In this document: in pieces, positions 29,446 through 39,376 of the stretch
Layout of the letters: each line of letters starts with the position of its first letter
How positions within the stretch are numbered: position 1 is the first letter of the stretch
Assembly: GCA_965223545.1 (NCBI GenBank)
Contig: OZ245006.1
Location: forward strand, 5,632,001 to 5,696,000
Direction of reading: 5' to 3'
DNA: 64,000 nt
From: Planctomycetota bacterium
GTDB lineage: Bacteria; Planctomycetota; UBA1135; UBA2386
Notes under the pieces: model-generated
The model's input: the letters and a program-made list of their open reading frames with translations, nothing else
Database searches by the model: none
What the model was told of the DNA's origin: nothing
Translations under genes and position numbers: made by a program

Positions 29446-32082
29446 ATGGGCGAGGGGTTCGTCCGCTACCGGCGTGCCAAGCACGGGCGTGCCTCGGTAC
29501 GGGTTGCCGAGGTCGTCTCCCGCGCGTTCATCACGCTCGGCGGGATGGGCACCATCGTCGCTGTCAGTGGCGTCCTCCTCTTCTTGCTGTGGGTCGTCAA
29601 AGACCTGTTCTCGGCGGCGGAGTTCGGCGACGTGCGGGCGATTGCCGACGTCGGCCGCAGCCGGATCATCGGTTGTGACGAGTATCGCGTTGTCGCCTGG
29701 CAGTTGGACCAAGGTGGCCGGCTGCGGGTCGTCGCGATGCACGACGGCGAGGTTCTTGCCGAGCATTCGCTTGGCGAGGGCGCCGCGCTGACGGCGGTCG
29801 CTCCCGTGCCGGCCGCCGCGCGACCGAACTCGCGGCAGGCGCGCACCGATCTGTCGCTCGGCTTCGACGATGGCACCGTGCACGTCGTCGAGCTGGTCTT
29901 CACGACGGAGTACTTCGAGGCGGATGAGGTGCCCGCCGCGGTCCGCTCGCTCGGCGAAACCGACGCCGTGGCGTGGGCTGGCGGTGTGGTGCAACGCACG
30001 CCGAGCCGCCAGTTCCGCCGACAGACGCTGGCTGTCGCTGCCCGACCAGCGCTGCAGGTTTCCGGGCCCGTGCGTGCGCTGCACCGCGGGCAGGGCCCCG
30101 ACGGCCCGTTGTTGGCGGTGCTGTGGCAGCGCGGGCAAGAGGCGGTCGCGGGCGTGGCGGTCGGCGAGATGCAGATCGACTTCGGTACCGGAGAGGAGCA
30201 GCTGGCTTGGACCGAACCGGCCGAGTTCGCCTTGCCCGACGACCTCGCTCCCAGCACCGTGCTGGTCACCGACGCCGGCGGCAACGCCCTCGTCCTCGGC
30301 GGCGATGGCGACAGCGTGCGCTTCTCGATTCGAGATCCGGCAGCGCCCGCGGTGGCGGAGCGCGTCGACCTGCTGCCGGACGATGGCGTCGTCGTGTCGG
30401 CGACCGGCTTGCTGCTCGGCGACAGCACGCTTCTGGTGGGTGGTGACGACGGCAGTGTGCGCGGCTGGTTCTTGCGCAACGACGCCGCCAACGAGGTCGA
30501 TGGCACCGCTCTGATCGAAGGCCACCGGATGCAGCTCGAGGGCGGCGCCGTGCGTTGCTTTGCCACCTCCGAGCGCGAACGCATCTTCTTGGCCGGCGTC
30601 GACGATGGCGCCGTGCACGCGCTGTTCATGACCTCGGAGCGGTGGATGGCCGCCGCGCGCGTGCCCGGCGGCACCCGCCCGGACGCGGTCGCCATGGCGC
30701 CGAAGAACGACGGCATCCTCGCCGCGCACGACAATGCCGTCTCGTACTGGCACTTCGATCCCAAGCACCCCGAGATCACCGCGCAGACCCTGCTGGGCCG
30801 GGTGCACTACGAGCGCTATCCGGAGCCCGACTACGTTTGGCAGTCGTCCAGCGGCAACGACGACTTCGAGAAGAAGTTCTCCCTCGTGCCCCTGATCTTC
30901 GGCACCGCCAAGGCCACCGTGTACTCGATGGCGTTCGGCGCGCCGTTGGCCTTGCTGGCGGCGATCTACACGTGCGAGTTCCTCAGCCGGCGGGCGCGCG
31001 CCCGGATCAAGCCGATCATCGAGATGATGGCGAGCCTGCCGTCCGTCGTGTTGGGCTTCCTCGCCGCTCTCGTCATCGCGCCATTCGTCGAGCAGGTCGT
31101 GCCGTCGGTGCTGTGCTCGTTCTTCACCGTGCCGTTTGCCTTGCTGCTCGGTGCCAATCTCTGGCGGTTGCTGTCGCGCGATTCGGCGTTGCGGCTGGAT
31201 GCCTGGCGATTGCCGCTGATGGGGCTGACCTTGCTCGGCGGCCTGCTGGTGGCGGCGCTGCTCGGTCCAGCGATCGAGCGACTGTTGTTTGCCGGTGACG
31301 TGCGGGCGTGGTTGGGCGGCAACGCCGGCTCCGGGCGCAGTGGCTGGTTCGTCACGCTGCTGCCGGGCGCGGCGCTGGTCGTGACCTTCTGGGTCGTGCG
31401 TTGGGTGCATCCCCGGCTGCATTCATGGAGCGGCTCGACCGGCGAGGGGGCGCGGCATCTGCTCGCATTCGTCCTCGCGAGCGGCGTGACGCTGGGGTTG
31501 GCGTGGCTGTTGGCCGTGCTGATCTACGATGGGCCGTCGTTCATCGGCTGGGGCCGCCCCGACCTGCGGCACGGGTTGAGCATCGGCGGTTTCGACCTGT
31601 CACCGATCGCGACCTACGACCAGCGCAACGCGATGATCGTCGGTTTCGTGATGGGGTTCGCCGTGATCCCGATCATCTACACGATCGCGGAGGACGCGCT
31701 GGCGAGCGTCCCCGAGCACCTGCGCGCCGCGTCGCTCGGCGCCGGTGCGACCCAGTGGCAGACCGCGACCCGCATCGTGATCCCGACGGCGATGAGTGGC
31801 TTGTTCTCCGCCGTCATGATCGGTCTCGGCCGCGCCGTCGGCGAGACCATGATCGTGCTGATGGCGGCTGGCAACACACCCGTGCTGTCGATGAACGCCT
31901 TCAGCGGCTTCCGCACCTTGTCCGCCAACATCGCCACCGAGTTGCCCGAGGCGGCACGCGACTCGACGCACTACCGCACGCTGTTCCTCGCTGCTCTGGT
32001 CCTGTTCGCCATGACCTTCTTCATCAACACGTTGGCGGAGGCGGTGCGGCTGCGCTTTCGCAAGCGGGCGTTCGAGCTGTGA
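29446..32082 (+). CDS. pstC: Phosphate ABC permease PstC, long form with an extracytoplasmic WD40-like domain
   Basis: PLIFGTAKA, KPIIEMMASLPSVVLGF, AEDAL, LGAT.WQT, GRAVGETM. Confidence 0.9.
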   Translation: MGEGFVRYRRAKHGRASVRVAEVVSRAFITLGGMGTIVAVSGVLLFLLWVVKDLFSAAEFGDVRAIADVGRSRIIGCDEYRVVAWQLDQGGRLRVVAMHDGEVLAEHSLGEGAALTAVAPVPAAARPNSRQARTDLSLGFDDGTVHVVELVFTTEYFEADEVPAAVRSLGETDAVAWAGGVVQRTPSRQFRRQTLAVAARPALQVSGPVRALHRGQGPDGPLLAVLWQRGQEAVAGVAVGEMQIDFGTGEEQLAWTEPAEFALPDDLAPSTVLVTDAGGNALVLGGDGDSVRFSIRDPAAPAVAERVDLLPDDGVVVSATGLLLGDSTLLVGGDDGSVRGWFLRNDAANEVDGTALIEGHRMQLEGGAVRCFATSERERIFLAGVDDGAVHALFMTSERWMAAARVPGGTRPDAVAMAPKNDGILAAHDNAVSYWHFDPKHPEITAQTLLGRVHYERYPEPDYVWQSSSGNDDFEKKFSLVPLIFGTAKATVYSMAFGAPLALLAAIYTCEFLSRRARARIKPIIEMMASLPSVVLGFLAALVIAPFVEQVVPSVLCSFFTVPFALLLGANLWRLLSRDSALRLDAWRLPLMGLTLLGGLLVAALLGPAIERLLFAGDVRAWLGGNAGSGRSGWFVTLLPGAALVVTFWVVRWVHPRLHSWSGSTGEGARHLLAFVLASGVTLGLAWLLAVLIYDGPSFIGWGRPDLRHGLSIGGFDLSPIATYDQRNAMIVGFVMGFAVIPIIYTIAEDALASVPEHLRAASLGAGATQWQTATRIVIPTAMSGLFSAVMIGLGRAVGETMIVLMAAGNTPVLSMNAFSGFRTLSANIATELPEAARDSTHYRTLFLAALVLFAMTFFINTLAEAVRLRFRKRAFEL

Positions 32083-34148
32083 CCGCGCCCCTGCGAGACC
32101 AGCTGGCGTCCGATCCAGCGCTGCGGCCGGGTCGGCCGGGCGTGGCTCGGCGCCGCTCGACGTCCACCATGCGGGCGCGCGGCGAGCCGATGCTTTGGCT
32201 GACCGGCGGCGCGCTGGTGACGTGCTTTGCGATGGTGATCGGGTTCCTGCTCTGGGTCGCTGCGGTCGGCCTGGGGACGTTCTGGCCGTCGCCCATCGTG
32301 CGGGTCGTGACCGGCGACGGTGCGGTGTACATGGGCGAGCTGGCCAAGCACGAGCGCTACCGAGTCGCGCAGGAGGTGATCGACGGGCTGCCCGCCGAGT
32401 CGGCGGCGCGGGCCGCCGCCGAAGCCGCGGAGAACGAGGGTGAGATCGGCCGCGGTTTGCTGCGCAGCGGCAACTTCGATCTGACCGGCACCCATTTCCA
32501 CTGGGTGGATGACTTTCGCGTCGTCGAGCGTGACGAGCCGCAGTGGGCGTTGGTGGTCGAGCGCCTCGAGTGGGGGCGCTTCTACGGTTTTCCCGAGGCC
32601 TACGCCATCGTGACACCCCGGCGCGTCGCCCCTGGCGGGAGTGAGCCGGTCGCCCTCGAGCAGCAGCTCGCGGATCTGGAGCTCGCCGACGGGGCGGAGG
32701 CGGGAGTGCTGGTGGAGCGCAGAGACGGAGGTGAGCGAACCGAGCGTTTGCTCACTGTCGCCGAGGTCTCACCGAGCGAGCGAGTGCTCGGCGTCGCGGC
32801 AGTCTGGCGCGGTGCCGACGCGGCGTGGCGAGCGTTCCAGGAGCACCACGCGGCGGTCCGCGATCTGTGGCACTCCAAGCAGTCGTTGGCGAGCGGCGAG
32901 GGTGGGGTGATCCAGCGCCGCTTGCGCGATGCGGCGATCGAGTTGCGCGCCGCCGAGCTGGAGCTGGAGCCACCGGCGCCATGGGTCGCGGCCTATCAGC
33001 GTCTGGACGATGCACGCCGCGAGCGCGATCCGCAGCTGATCGAGCAGTGCAGCCAGCGTCTGGCGGCTGTCGAGCAGGAGCTCGGTGCGCCGTCGCCCGA
33101 GTTCCTCGCTGTGCTGGAGCGGCTGGAGCGCGAACGCGCGGCGGCGGGGCGTGATCACGAGGACCTGCGCCAGCAGGTGCGAGACATCGAGGCCGAGATG
33201 GAGCGGCACCGGCTCCTGCTGACCACGGCGACGGCGGGGCAGGAGAAGCTGCTGAGTAGCTACGAGATCGTCCGGGCATACCCCGCCAACCAGCTGGGCC
33301 TGGGCGAATCGCTGGCCGTCTATGGCAGCCGGTGGTGGGAGTTCGTCAGCGACGAGCCGCGCGAATCGAACTTCGAGGGTGGCGTGTTCCCGGCGATCTT
33401 CGGCACCGTGCTGATGACGCTCATCATGTGCATCCTGGTGGTGCCGTTCGGCGTCTTGGCCGCGCTCTACTTGCGCGAGTACGCCAAGGCCGGTCCGGTG
33501 ATCTCGATGGTGCGCATCGCGGTCAACAACTTGGCCGGTGTGCCGAGCATCGTCTTCGGCGTCTTCGGGGTGGGGTTCTTCTGCTACATCGTCGGCAGCA
33601 GCATCGACGAGCTGTTGTTCGCCGCTCGACTGCCCGAGCCGACGTTCGGTACCGGGGGGTTGTTGTGGGCGTCGCTGACGCTGGCGCTGTTGACGCTGCC
33701 GGTGGTCATCGTGGCGACCGAAGAGGCCCTCGCCGCCGTGCCGAAGTCGATGCGGGAGGGCAGCTACGCCTGTGGTGCGAGCAAGTGGCAAACGATCCGC
33801 CGCATCGTGCTGCCGAGGGCGATGCCGGGGATCATGACCGGTGCCATCCTGGCCATGGCGCGTGGCGCGGGCGAGGTGGCGCCGTTGATGTTGGTCGGGG
33901 CGGTCAAGCTGGCACCGAAGCTGCCGCTGGACTTCGCCGATCTACCGACGTTCGGTGTCGATCGCAGCTTCATGCACCTCGGCTATCACATCTACGACCT
34001 CGGCTTCCAAAGCCAGAACTCCGAGGCCGCCAAGCCGATGGTCTACACCACGACTCTGCTGCTGATCGCCATCATCGCGTTGCTCAACCTGACCGCGATC
34101 TGGCTGCGGGGTCGCTTACACCGGCGTTTCGTCGCCAACCATTTCTGA
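32079..34148 (+). CDS. pstA: Phosphate ABC permease PstA, long form with a helical extracytoplasmic insert
   Basis: [48 protein letters not shown] overlap with pstC. Confidence 0.9.
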   Translation: MTAPLRDQLASDPALRPGRPGVARRRSTSTMRARGEPMLWLTGGALVTCFAMVIGFLLWVAAVGLGTFWPSPIVRVVTGDGAVYMGELAKHERYRVAQEVIDGLPAESAARAAAEAAENEGEIGRGLLRSGNFDLTGTHFHWVDDFRVVERDEPQWALVVERLEWGRFYGFPEAYAIVTPRRVAPGGSEPVALEQQLADLELADGAEAGVLVERRDGGERTERLLTVAEVSPSERVLGVAAVWRGADAAWRAFQEHHAAVRDLWHSKQSLASGEGGVIQRRLRDAAIELRAAELELEPPAPWVAAYQRLDDARRERDPQLIEQCSQRLAAVEQELGAPSPEFLAVLERLERERAAAGRDHEDLRQQVRDIEAEMERHRLLLTTATAGQEKLLSSYEIVRAYPANQLGLGESLAVYGSRWWEFVSDEPRESNFEGGVFPAIFGTVLMTLIMCILVVPFGVLAALYLREYAKAGPVISMVRIAVNNLAGVPSIVFGVFGVGFFCYIVGSSIDELLFAARLPEPTFGTGGLLWASLTLALLTLPVVIVATEEALAAVPKSMREGSYACGASKWQTIRRIVLPRAMPGIMTGAILAMARGAGEVAPLMLVGAVKLAPKLPLDFADLPTFGVDRSFMHLGYHIYDLGFQSQNSEAAKPMVYTTTLLLIAIIALLNLTAIWLRGRLHRRFVANHF

Positions 34149-34263
34149 TGTGTCGTTCGCGCTATCGTCCACGAGTCGGGTCTGTTCGACCCAGAGGTTG
34201 CCAACCGTGTCGACCGCTTCCGTTCCCGTCCCCAACCGACCGCGCCGCCGCGCCGAGTCCGCG

Positions 34264-35091
34264 ATGAGCGACAGTCGACTCGAGCCGATTTCCGGCGAGG
34301 CCGTGGCCGCCGACACGCACGTCGAGCTCGCTGCCGAAGAACACGTGCTGGAGATCGAGCGCTTCAATCTCTGGTACGGAGACAAGCAGGCGCTGCACGA
34401 GGTCGGAATGGGCGTGCCGCGCGGCAAGATCACCGCGTTGATCGGTCCGTCGGGCTGCGGCAAGTCGACGTTGCTGCGCTCGGTGAACCGCCTCAACGAT
34501 CTGATCGACAGCGTGCAGGTGAGCGGCGAGATGCGGCTCAACGGCGACTCGATCTACGGGTCACGGGTCGACGTCATCGAGCTGCGCAAACGGATGGGAA
34601 TGGTCTTTCAGAAGTCCAATCCGTTTCCATTGAGCATCTTCGAGAACGTGGTCTATCCCCTGCGCATCGATGGCGAGCGCGACAAGGCCGTGCTGCAGGA
34701 CGTTTGCGAGCGGGCGCTCCGCGGCGCGGCGCTGTGGGACGAGGCCAAGGACCGGCTCCACGATAGTGCGCTCGGCCTCAGCGGTGGCCAGCAGCAGCGA
34801 CTGTGCATCGCGCGGGCGATCGCCGGCGATCCCGAAGTGCTGTTGATGGACGAGCCGTGCTCCGCCCTCGATCCGATCGCGACCGGCAAGATCGAGGAGT
34901 TGATGGAGCAGCTCCGCGGGGACTACACCATCGTCATCGTCACCCACAACATGCAGCAGGCGTCGCGATGCAGTGACTTCACGGCGTTCATGTACCTCGG
35001 TCGGTTGATCGAGTACGGACCCACCGAGGCGATGTTTACGCGGCCTCACCTCACCGAGACGGAAGACTACATCAGTGGCCGATTTGGCTGA
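34264..35091 (+). CDS. pstB: Phosphate ABC transporter ATP-binding protein
   Basis: [46 protein letters not shown]. Confidence 0.95.
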   Translation: MSDSRLEPISGEAVAADTHVELAAEEHVLEIERFNLWYGDKQALHEVGMGVPRGKITALIGPSGCGKSTLLRSVNRLNDLIDSVQVSGEMRLNGDSIYGSRVDVIELRKRMGMVFQKSNPFPLSIFENVVYPLRIDGERDKAVLQDVCERALRGAALWDEAKDRLHDSALGLSGGQQQRLCIARAIAGDPEVLLMDEPCSALDPIATGKIEELMEQLRGDYTIVIVTHNMQQASRCSDFTAFMYLGRLIEYGPTEAMFTRPHLTETEDYISGRFG

Positions 35092-35106
35092 TCCAACGAG
35101 AGCGAC

Positions 35107-35586
35107 ATGATCACGACCCTCCATGGCTCATTCTCCGGGGGCCTCTTGCTGGCCTGCTGTCTGTCGTTTGCCGCGTGCGAGACCGCCCGGGTCGGCGCCG
35201 CCGAAGCCAGCGCCGCCGAAGCCACCGCGGTCGATGCCGCGCTGTTCGCCGTGCCGGGGTTCGAGGTCGCCATCGAGGACGGTCGGCTGTGGGTCACCAA
35301 GCCGGGCCAGCAACGCAGCGACAAGGCGGTCACCCTGCCAGGAGCCGGTCCCGATGGTCGCACCGTGCGGGCCGTGGACCGAGAGACCGCTCTCGAGTAC
35401 CTGGCGTCGCGGTCGGGATTCGACGTCCGCATCGAGGACGGTCGGCTCTGGATCACGCGCGATGGCCAGCAGCGTTCCGACAAGCACGTCACCAAGGTCG
35501 GCGCCGGGCCGTTGCGGACGACGATCAAGGCCGTCGATCGCGAGACTCTCGACGCGTATCTCGAGGCGCTGGGCCGGGATCGCTGA
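35107..35586 (+). CDS. Lipoprotein with two tandem 53-aa repeats, last gene of the pst operon
   Basis: Lipobox FAAC; repeat GF.V.IEDGRLW.T..GQQRSDK.VT..GAGP...T..AVDRET...YL twice. Confidence 0.8.
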   Translation: MITTLHGSFSGGLLLACCLSFAACETARVGAAEASAAEATAVDAALFAVPGFEVAIEDGRLWVTKPGQQRSDKAVTLPGAGPDGRTVRAVDRETALEYLASRSGFDVRIEDGRLWITRDGQQRSDKHVTKVGAGPLRTTIKAVDRETLDAYLEALGRDR

Positions 35587-35674
35587 GTGCGCGGCGGAAG
35601 CACGCGGCCGTTGCCACGGTGATGACGGCCCGGTGCTTGCCAGTCGCGTGGCGAGCGCGCACTCTACGCGCGTC

Positions 35675-36280
35675 ATGCCGCCGAGTTCCCGAGATCGCCG
35701 CACCGAGATCGACAGCGCTGTCGCCGGTGAGGCAGAGCTTCTCGAGCGGCTCCTGCGCGAGGCGGAGCCCGAGCTTCGCCGGGGGCTTCGCGTCGATCCG
35801 GTGTGGAGTCGCAGCCTGGACGTCGATGACGTGCTGCAGGTGACGTGGTTGGAGGCGTTCTTGCGCATCGGTGGTCTCGAGCAGCGCACGTGGCCCGGCT
35901 TCTGCGCCTGGCTGCGGCGCATCGCCGAGAACAACTTGGTCGATGCCGTGCGCGCGCTCGAGCGCGACAAGCGCCCCGACCCGCGCCGCCGCGACACGCG
36001 CGGACCACAGGGTGAGTCGACGCGGACATTGCTCATGGCAATCGCCGGCGAGCAAGCCACCGCCGGGAGCCAGGCCGCGTTGGCCGAGGAGGTCGCGCGC
36101 ATGCGCGCCGCGATCACCCGGCTCCCCAAGAGCTACCGCACCGTGATCGAAGAAATGGACCTCGCCGAAGTACCCGTGCGAGAGATGGCCGAGCGACTCG
36201 GCCGCAGCACCGGCGCCGTGCACATGCTGAGGTCCCGCGCACACGACCGCCTCCGCGAACTCCTCCTCCGCGGTGAGTGA
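35675..36280 (+). CDS. ECF RNA polymerase sigma factor (planctomycete-type)
   Basis: Region 2 DDVLQVTWLEAF and FCAWLRRIAENNLVD; region 4 LPKSYR...EMAERLGRSTGAVHMLRSRA. Confidence 0.85.
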   Translation: MPPSSRDRRTEIDSAVAGEAELLERLLREAEPELRRGLRVDPVWSRSLDVDDVLQVTWLEAFLRIGGLEQRTWPGFCAWLRRIAENNLVDAVRALERDKRPDPRRRDTRGPQGESTRTLLMAIAGEQATAGSQAALAEEVARMRAAITRLPKSYRTVIEEMDLAEVPVREMAERLGRSTGAVHMLRSRAHDRLRELLLRGE

Positions 36281-36282
36281 AG

Positions 36283-36347
36283 GTAGGGAGCCTGGCTCCG
36301 TACCATCACTTGGCTGCCGGGTGATGAATCGGAGCCTGGCTCCGTAC
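36283..36347. repeat. Tandem REP-like palindromic repeats between convergent genes
   Basis: GGAGCCTGGCTCCGTAC at 36287-36303 and 36331-36347; the first is preceded by GTAG; the spacer CATCAC...GTGATG is itself an inverted repeat. Confidence 0.7.
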
Positions 36348-36361
36348 GTGCGCTTGCGAGT

Positions 36362-36745
36362 CTAGGTGTGGGTGGGGAGGTGGTCGACCAGGGCGGCGGC
36401 GATGCCTGCGCGGACGCGGTGCTCGAGATCGGAGGCGGCTCGGCGTTGGAGGGTGTCGAGCTCGTCGTCCAGGCCGGCGAGCGCCGCCTGGAGCTCGCTC
36501 AGGTCGCGCTCGAGGGCGGCAATGTCGTCGTCGATGCTCTGGCAGACGAGTCGCACGTCGCGCTCGGTGGTGGCGTGGCCCTCGAGCTGCAGGAGCCGCA
36601 GGGCGCCGTTCCAGTGCTCGCGGTCCTCCAGCGTCTGGGTCAGCCTCTGCTGCAATGCCTGCAGCTCGGCGTGGTAGCGCCGGCGCAGGTCGCGCAGGCG
36701 GGTCTTGCTGATCGGTGAGGGGGAAGGAGTCGGGATCCTGTTCAA
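36362..36745 (-). CDS. Hypothetical coiled-coil protein
   Basis: Heptad-rich L/E/Q/R/D sequence in natural composition. Start uncertain (TTG 36745; ORF open to 36868). Confidence 0.55.
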   Translation of the reverse strand: MNRIPTPSPSPISKTRLRDLRRRYHAELQALQQRLTQTLEDREHWNGALRLLQLEGHATTERDVRLVCQSIDDDIAALERDLSELQAALAGLDDELDTLQRRAASDLEHRVRAGIAAALVDHLPTHT

Positions 36746-36885
36746 GGGTCTTCTCGGTTTCGGACGCGGCCGATGTGTGCGTCCAGGACGCTGGCAGATC
36801 GTCCGGTGGGTTGATGAAGTGAAGTGTGTCGGCCGGTTAAAGATTGGCGGTCCCGCCGCTGCGACCACTCCTTAGCCTTGGGTGA

Positions 36886-38664
36886 ATGCGAGATCGCGCG
36901 GCACGCACGGCGAGTTCCGCCCGGCTCCCGTCGCGTTGGCCCCGGCGGATCGCGTTGCTCGTCGCCGGCGTCTCCGTATTGCTCGTGGTGGGCTGGCTGG
37001 CGGCTCCGGCGGTGGTGGGATGGGTCGTGCGCTCGCAGCTGGCCGCCGCCGGTTGGCCGCGGGCGGCGATCGGCGAAGTGCGGCTGACCACGGCGAGCCT
37101 GGAGCTGCGGGATCTCGATCTCGGCCCCGACCTCGGCTGCCAGGTCGGAGCGGTCCGGGTCGAGTTCTCGCCGGCCCAGCTGTGGGCGCGGCGCGTGGGA
37201 CGGGTCGAGGTGCGCGGCTTGGCTCTGGTCGCCGCCCGCGGTGCCGATGGCTGGCAGCTGGCGGCGCTGTCGGGGCGCGAGGGCACGGCTTCCGAGCCCC
37301 CGCCGGCGAGCGGCACGCTGCCTCAGTGGCTGGTCGACGCGCCGCTGGATGCGTTGGAGATCGCCGGCGCCGCGCTCGAGCTGCGCGCCGACGAGGCCGT
37401 GCAGCGCGTGCGGTGGCACGGGGCGGTGACCGCGCCACAGGCCGGACGACTGACCGCCGACTTCGAACTCAGCGGGGTGGGCCTGACGTCGGAGCTGCGG
37501 CTCGGGTTGGAGGTCGCGCCGACCGCTGCCGAGGGCGAGTGGTCGGTCGCGGTGCGCGCCGCCGAAGATGCGCCTCGCCGGGTCGCGGGCCGGCTGCAGG
37601 GTGATCTCTCCCTGCGCGCGGCACCGGGCGGAATGCAGGTCGAAGTCGGCGGCAAGGGCCGGGATCTCTCGGTGGCGCGGACCACGGCGACCCCCGTGGC
37701 CGTCGATGGGGTGTCGCTCGAGTTCACCGCCCGCGCAGAGCACGGGCTCGCCGAGGCGGAGGTGCGGCTGCAGACGGATGCCGGCGGCGCGCGGCTCCCC
37801 ACCGGCCACACCGCGCACGGCGACCTGCGCATCTCCTATCGCAGTGCCGGCTCCGCGGGTGGCCCTGCGCCACCGTTGCAGCTGTGGCTGGCGGCCGGCG
37901 AGGTCCGCGACGCCGGCGGAGAGACGGTGGCCGACGCCATCGAGGGCGAGGTCGCGTTCTCCTCGCTCCAGCCGCTGCGCTCGGCGCCGGCGACGTTCAC
38001 GTGGGCGGCGCTCTCGATGGGGGAGCTGCGCACCGTCGACGGCGAGCTGTCGATCGAGGTCGAAGGCGCGGACCGGTTGGCCGTGCGCTCGCTGCTGTGC
38101 GGGCTGGCGCCACACGGGGTGATTGTGCTGACGCCGTTCGAGCTGCGGTTGCCCTCGCCGACGATCGCCACCCGCGTCGAACTCGAGGAGGTGCCGCTCG
38201 ACGGCTGGCTGCAGCTCCTCAGCCGCGGCAAGGTGCGCGGTGAAGGCACGCTCACCGGCGGCATCGACGTCGAGGTGCGCACCGAGCCTCGCTTGGCGCT
38301 GGCGTTGGGCGACGGGCGCTTCGAGGCGCGCGGTGGTGGTTCGTTCGAGGTCGACGACTTGGCGGCGGCGCGCGATGTGCTCACCCAGCAGCTGGCCGCC
38401 TCCGGCGAGCAGGTCGACGACGCCGTGCGCCGTGCGATTCTGGACAGCCTGGCCGAGTTCGACTTCGACCGGCTGAGCTTCGAGATCGTGCCGGATGCGC
38501 CCGAACGCGTGTTGCGCGTGCAGACCGCGGGCCGCGGCCGTACAGTGGGCCGCGAGCTGGATCTGACCGTGAACTTCCGGGGCTTCGAAGCACTGGTCGA
38601 TCTGCTCTTGGAGTTGAAGCTCGGCTGGGATCGCATGACCACGCTCACCGGCCCCAACAAGTGA
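36886..38664 (+). CDS. ydbH: YdbH-like AsmA-family intermembrane lipid transport protein
   Basis: N-terminal TM anchor, beta-rich body, C-terminal G.G.LTG...G.F...GGG...L.EF.FD.L...GRG...L.VNF; synteny with ynbE and ydbL. Confidence 0.75.
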   Translation: MRDRAARTASSARLPSRWPRRIALLVAGVSVLLVVGWLAAPAVVGWVVRSQLAAAGWPRAAIGEVRLTTASLELRDLDLGPDLGCQVGAVRVEFSPAQLWARRVGRVEVRGLALVAARGADGWQLAALSGREGTASEPPPASGTLPQWLVDAPLDALEIAGAALELRADEAVQRVRWHGAVTAPQAGRLTADFELSGVGLTSELRLGLEVAPTAAEGEWSVAVRAAEDAPRRVAGRLQGDLSLRAAPGGMQVEVGGKGRDLSVARTTATPVAVDGVSLEFTARAEHGLAEAEVRLQTDAGGARLPTGHTAHGDLRISYRSAGSAGGPAPPLQLWLAAGEVRDAGGETVADAIEGEVAFSSLQPLRSAPATFTWAALSMGELRTVDGELSIEVEGADRLAVRSLLCGLAPHGVIVLTPFELRLPSPTIATRVELEEVPLDGWLQLLSRGKVRGEGTLTGGIDVEVRTEPRLALALGDGRFEARGGGSFEVDDLAAARDVLTQQLAASGEQVDDAVRRAILDSLAEFDFDRLSFEIVPDAPERVLRVQTAGRGRTVGRELDLTVNFRGFEALVDLLLELKLGWDRMTTLTGPNK

Positions 38665-38885
38665 ACACGGAGTGTCCCTTGCGAATGTTGTCGCCGCTCA
38701 GCACAGCGCTCTTGGGAATCGGGTTGCTCGCCGGCGCGTGCACGTCGCACGAGGTCGAGTTCAAGCCGATCCATCTGACCATCGACATCAACCTGCGCAT
38801 CCAGCAAGAGCTGGACGACTTCTTCGACTTCGAAGAGGAGCTGGATTTGCCCGAACCCACCGGCACCGAAGGAGGTCGGTCATGA
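38661..38885 (+). CDS. ynbE: YnbE-like lipoprotein
   Basis: Lipobox LAGAC; KPIHLTIDINLRIQQELDDFF. Confidence 0.8.
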   Translation: MNTECPLRMLSPLSTALLGIGLLAGACTSHEVEFKPIHLTIDINLRIQQELDDFFDFEEELDLPEPTGTEGGRS

Positions 38886-39352
38886 CCCGGATCGCCACAC
38901 GACTCGCGCTGTTCATGTTGCTGGCGTCGGTTGCGGTCCCCGCCGCAGCGCAGAGCCCCGAGCGCACGCCGGACCAAATCCTCGCCGAGCTCAAGGACAC
39001 CATGGCGGAGCGCTACCCCGTGCTCGCCAAGCTGAAGGCCGCGGCCAAGGTCGGCGAGACCTACGAGGGTTTGGTGGGCGTCGTCAAGCCCGAGTTCGCC
39101 AAGCAGTCGACCAAGCCCGGCACCGAGGGGGCGCCGACCATCGGCCAGGTCGTCGACGCCGAGAACAAGGACCGGCGCGCGCTGTTCGCGGCACTGGCCA
39201 AGAAGACCGAAGTCGCCGTCGCCGAAGTCGCCAAGCAGAACGTGCTGCGGAACTTCAAGCGGGCGAAGCCAACAGAGTATCTGTTGGTGCGCAAGGGCAC
39301 GTGGATGCGAAAGCAAGACTTCGACGCCGCGCGCAAACGCAAGAAGAAGTGA
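38882..39352 (+). CDS. ydbL: YdbL/DUF1318 family protein
   Basis: Signal peptide; LK....VGE...G.V, VDAENKDRRALF..LAK, G.W; ATGA coupling. Confidence 0.85.
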   Translation: MTRIATRLALFMLLASVAVPAAAQSPERTPDQILAELKDTMAERYPVLAKLKAAAKVGETYEGLVGVVKPEFAKQSTKPGTEGAPTIGQVVDAENKDRRALFAALAKKTEVAVAEVAKQNVLRNFKRAKPTEYLLVRKGTWMRKQDFDAARKRKKK

Positions 39353-39376
39353 GCGCGGCGCGCGCGGCGCTCCGCC

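Noticed and set aside
31308..32078. 946-aa version of PstA
   Set aside because: The upstream part overlaps pstC in another frame; the GTGA-coupled start at 32079 is more plausible.
36287..36347. Possible mini CRISPR array (repeat-spacer-repeat)
   Set aside because: Only two 17-bp repeats, a self-complementary 27-bp spacer and no cas genes; a REP or terminator reading fits better.
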